Part shown: positions 61,577 through 64,000 of the stretch, piece after piece
Layout: each line of letters opens with the position of its first letter
How positions within the stretch are numbered: position 1 is the first letter of the stretch
NCBI GenBank assembly: GCA_963762655.1
Contig: CAVXLU010000005.1
Coordinates: forward strand, 2,062,760-2,126,759
DNA: 64,000 nt
Source: an uncultured Chitinophagaceae bacterium
GTDB lineage: Bacteria; Bacteroidota; Bacteroidia; Chitinophagales; Chitinophagaceae
Reading direction: 5' to 3'
Notes under the pieces: model-generated
Database searches by the model: none
Told to the model about the DNA's origin: nothing
Seen by the model: only the letters and a program-made list of their open reading frames with translations
Program-made: the position numbers and the translations under genes

Positions 61577-63001
61577 TTAAGCTTTAGGTCTTTTTACAAT
61601 TTGCGCTACCAGGTCAGCTTCCGTAACCAGCTTGTCGCCGATGAAAATGGTGCCCTTCATTTCACAGATTCCCCTGCGTATGGGGTTTGACAATTCCATT
61701 TTCAGAATCAGGGTATCTCCAGGTACAACCTTCTGTTTGAACTTACAATTTTCGATCTTAAGGAAATAAGTGTCATATTGGTCGGTTGTATTGCGCGGGA
61801 TGGCCAGGAAGCCCCCGGCCTGTGCAAGCGCCTCAACCTGTAATACACCGGGCATCACGCAGTTGCCCGGAAAATGGCCCTGGAAGAAGGGCTCATTGTA
61901 AGTGACGTTCTTGATCGCCACTACATATTTATCGGTTAATTCGATCACTTTGTCTACCAGCAGGAAGGGATACCGGTGGGGTAGGGTCTTCTCGATCGCG
62001 TGAATGTCCAGCAGCGGTGGTTTGGTGGGGTCATATTTTGGTACGTCCTGCCTGAACTTGTATTTCTTGATGTGTTCCTTGATCTTCTTGGCAAAACGCA
62101 CATTTGACGCATGCCCGGGGCGGTTGGCGATGATGTGTGCCTTGAAGGGGAAACCTACCAGGGCGAGGTCGCCCACCACGTCGAGCAGTTTGTGACGAGC
62201 GGGTTCATTGGGAAACCGCAGTTTGAGATTGTTCAGAATCCCCTCATCCGAAACCTGTACATCGTGTTTGTTGAATACCTTGGATATCCGTGCCACCTGT
62301 TCCTCGGTAACGGGTTTGTCCACCACCACTATGGCATTGTTGATATCTCCCCCTTTGATCAGGTTGTTGGCCAGCAGCCATTCCAGTTCATGAAAAAAGG
62401 AAAAAGTGCGACAAGGAGCGATTTCCTTGTTGAAGTCAGTAATATCCTTAAGTGCAGCGTGCTGCGTGCCGAGGATGGGTGAATTGAAGTCGATAAGCGT
62501 ATTGATCCGGTAATCATTGTAAGGCAGGGCTACCATCTCCACCTTTTTCTCCTCGTCTACATAGGTGATATTGTGCTCGATATTGTAGTAAATCTTCCTG
62601 GAATTCTGCTTTAGAGTGCCTGTTTTCTCCAGGGCCTCAACAAATGGTTCTGCGCTGCCGTCGAGGATGGGCACTTCCTCGCCGTCTATTTCGATCAATA
62701 CGTTGTCCACCTGCATGCCCACCAGCGAGGCCAGCAGGTGTTCGATGGTGCTCACCCTTCCCCCGTTGGCTTCCAGGGTAGTGCTGCGGTTGGTTTCAAT
62801 GACATTGTCAACATCTGCTTTGATGATCGGCCTGTTCTTCAGATCCACTCTTTGAAAGAGAATTCCGGTGTTCGGTTCGGCGGGTTTTAGCCTCATGGTT
62901 ACTGCCTGTCCGGTGTGAATTCCAGCCCCTGAAATTGTGATCTCCGCTTTTATAGTATGTTGATAATGATCTCCATTGCTGATGGCTCGGTCCATAGCCA
63001 C
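61577..63001 (-). CDS. lpxC: bifunctional UDP-3-O-acyl-GlcNAc deacetylase / 3-hydroxyacyl-ACP dehydratase (LpxC-FabZ fusion)
   Basis: 474 aa with an N-terminal LpxC (HTIKAEITISGAGIHTG..., HASNV) and a C-terminal FabZ (FFQGHFPGNCVMPGVLQVEALAQ). This fusion is typical of Bacteroidota. Confidence 0.95.
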   Translation of the reverse strand: MAMDRAISNGDHYQHTIKAEITISGAGIHTGQAVTMRLKPAEPNTGILFQRVDLKNRPIIKADVDNVIETNRSTTLEANGGRVSTIEHLLASLVGMQVDNVLIEIDGEEVPILDGSAEPFVEALEKTGTLKQNSRKIYYNIEHNITYVDEEKKVEMVALPYNDYRINTLIDFNSPILGTQHAALKDITDFNKEIAPCRTFSFFHELEWLLANNLIKGGDINNAIVVVDKPVTEEQVARISKVFNKHDVQVSDEGILNNLKLRFPNEPARHKLLDVVGDLALVGFPFKAHIIANRPGHASNVRFAKKIKEHIKKYKFRQDVPKYDPTKPPLLDIHAIEKTLPHRYPFLLVDKVIELTDKYVVAIKNVTYNEPFFQGHFPGNCVMPGVLQVEALAQAGGFLAIPRNTTDQYDTYFLKIENCKFKQKVVPGDTLILKMELSNPIRRGICEMKGTIFIGDKLVTEADLVAQIVKRPKA

Positions 63002-63036
63002 GAAAGTATGAACCTTTCAGGATTAAATTTTCATTA

Positions 63037-64000
63037 TTACACCGCTTTCTCCAGCAGGAGTTGTTTTACCAGGTTCTCAAGTTCGATGATCCTTTTTTCC
63101 AGATCGGGAAGATTTCTGGTAACTGCCTGGCTGCGCAAAGCACTGGTGTAATCAAATGCAGGAGAGCCCGTTACGGCCGTATGAGGAGTTTTAATAGACT
63201 TGCTGACGCCACTCTGGGCATTGATCTTGGCGTTGTCGGCGATCTGGATATGACCAACGATTCCGGCCTGTCCGCCAATCATCACGTGGTTGCCGATCTT
63301 GGTGCTTCCGCTGACCCCCGCCTGCGCAGCAATGACGGTATGATGACCTACCTCGACGTTGTGTGCCACCTGAATTAGGTTGTCGAGCTTGGCGCCTGAT
63401 TTGATCAGGGTCGAGCCCATGGTGGCGCGATCGATGGCGGAGTTCGCGCCGATCTCCACATTGTCTTCTACCACCACATTGCCGATCTGTGGCACTTTCT
63501 TGAAACTCCCGTCAGCCTGGGGAGCGAACCCAAAACCATCGCTGCCTATAACGGCACCGGCGTGGATATTTACATATCGGCCAATAATGCAATCATAGTA
63601 AACCCTGACCCCCGGGTGAATTACCGAGTTGTCACCGATCCGCACATTGTTTCCAAGGAAAACATTGGGATAGATCTTTACGTTGTTCCCAATCTTAACA
63701 TGTTCTCCGATATAAGCAAAAGCACCGATGAAAGTGTTTTCGCCAAGAATGGCTGTTTTCGAAATATACGATGGCTCCTGGATGCCCGTCATCTGCTGTG
63801 CAACCATTTCCTGGTATTTGGCAAGCAGGGTGGCAAAGGCAGTGTAAGGGTCCTGCACCCTCAGCAGGGTTGATCCAAGCTTTTCCTTTAATTCCTGACT
63901 TTCATGAATGATGATAACCGATGCGCCCGTAGTGTAAAGGAAGTCTTCGTATTTGGGATTCGCGAGGAAGGCCAGCTGGCCTGTAGTGGCCTCTTCGATT
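63037..64000 (-). CDS. lpxD: UDP-3-O-acylglucosamine N-acyltransferase LpxD (C-terminal ~320 aa; N-terminus beyond the right edge)
   Basis: The track ORF 63037..63858 starts at an internal GTG. The same frame stays open to position 64000 (..IEEATTGQLAFLANPKYEDFLYTTGASVIIIHE..). It has hexapeptide repeats and a C-terminal coiled helix. Confidence 0.9.
   Translation of the reverse strand, partial: IEEATTGQLAFLANPKYEDFLYTTGASVIIIHESQELKEKLGSTLLRVQDPYTAFATLLAKYQEMVAQQMTGIQEPSYISKTAILGENTFIGAFAYIGEHVKIGNNVKIYPNVFLGNNVRIGDNSVIHPGVRVYYDCIIGRYVNIHAGAVIGSDGFGFAPQADGSFKKVPQIGNVVVEDNVEIGANSAIDRATMGSTLIKSGAKLDNLIQVAHNVEVGHHTVIAAQAGVSGSTKIGNHVMIGGQAGIVGHIQIADNAKINAQSGVSKSIKTPHTAVTGSPAFDYTSALRSQAVTRNLPDLEKRIIELENLVKQLLLEKAV

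Overview
This 64-kb chromosomal window reads like a Bacteroidota genome, probably Chitinophagaceae or Sphingobacteriia-like. That placement is an inference from four things: a fused lpxC/fabZ inside an lpxD-lpxC/fabZ-lpxA cluster, a T9SS C-terminal sorting domain, TAnnTTTG -7 promoter motifs, and many CAZymes and Tat-signal periplasmic oxidoreductases. About 55 protein genes are densely packed.

Gene content:
- Carbohydrate-active genes: GlgX, GH97, GH95, GH140-like, GH172/DUF2961, DUF1080 and a GH116 remnant.
- Periplasmic sugar oxidoreductases: a GMC flavoprotein with a Tat small subunit, and a Gfo/Idh/MocA enzyme.
- An ECF41-type sigma/CMD module.
- A RidA / D-TA-like / M19 dipeptidase operon.
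- Housekeeping genes on the right side: ruvB, recQ, tsaE, ald, a P-type ATPase and lipid A genes.
- One IS110-family insertion sequence.

I found no recognisable multi-gene defence or secretion system, and no obviously novel protein machine. The unexplained signal is in the non-coding DNA:
1. Two purine/pyrimidine-arm inverted-repeat elements sit at the 3' ends of minus-strand genes. Both start with the same 12-mer, TAGAAAGAGAAA, whose first triplet is the gene's stop codon.
2. A roughly 530-bp intergenic block is bounded by inverted T8/A8 palindromes, which looks like a MITE or foldback element.
3. GC-rich repeat islands share k-mers between distant loci, including the flanks of the IS110.
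4. A pair of orphan minus-strand terminators lies inside a 13-bp long-range stem, a candidate sRNA.
5. The non-coding left end of the IS110 has the layout expected of a bridge RNA.
6. Three genes (ridA, an NAD(P)H-binding gene and ald) each carry an apparent single-base insertion that shifts the frame by +1.

All calls come from reading the sequence and the ORF track. No database search or folding program was run.
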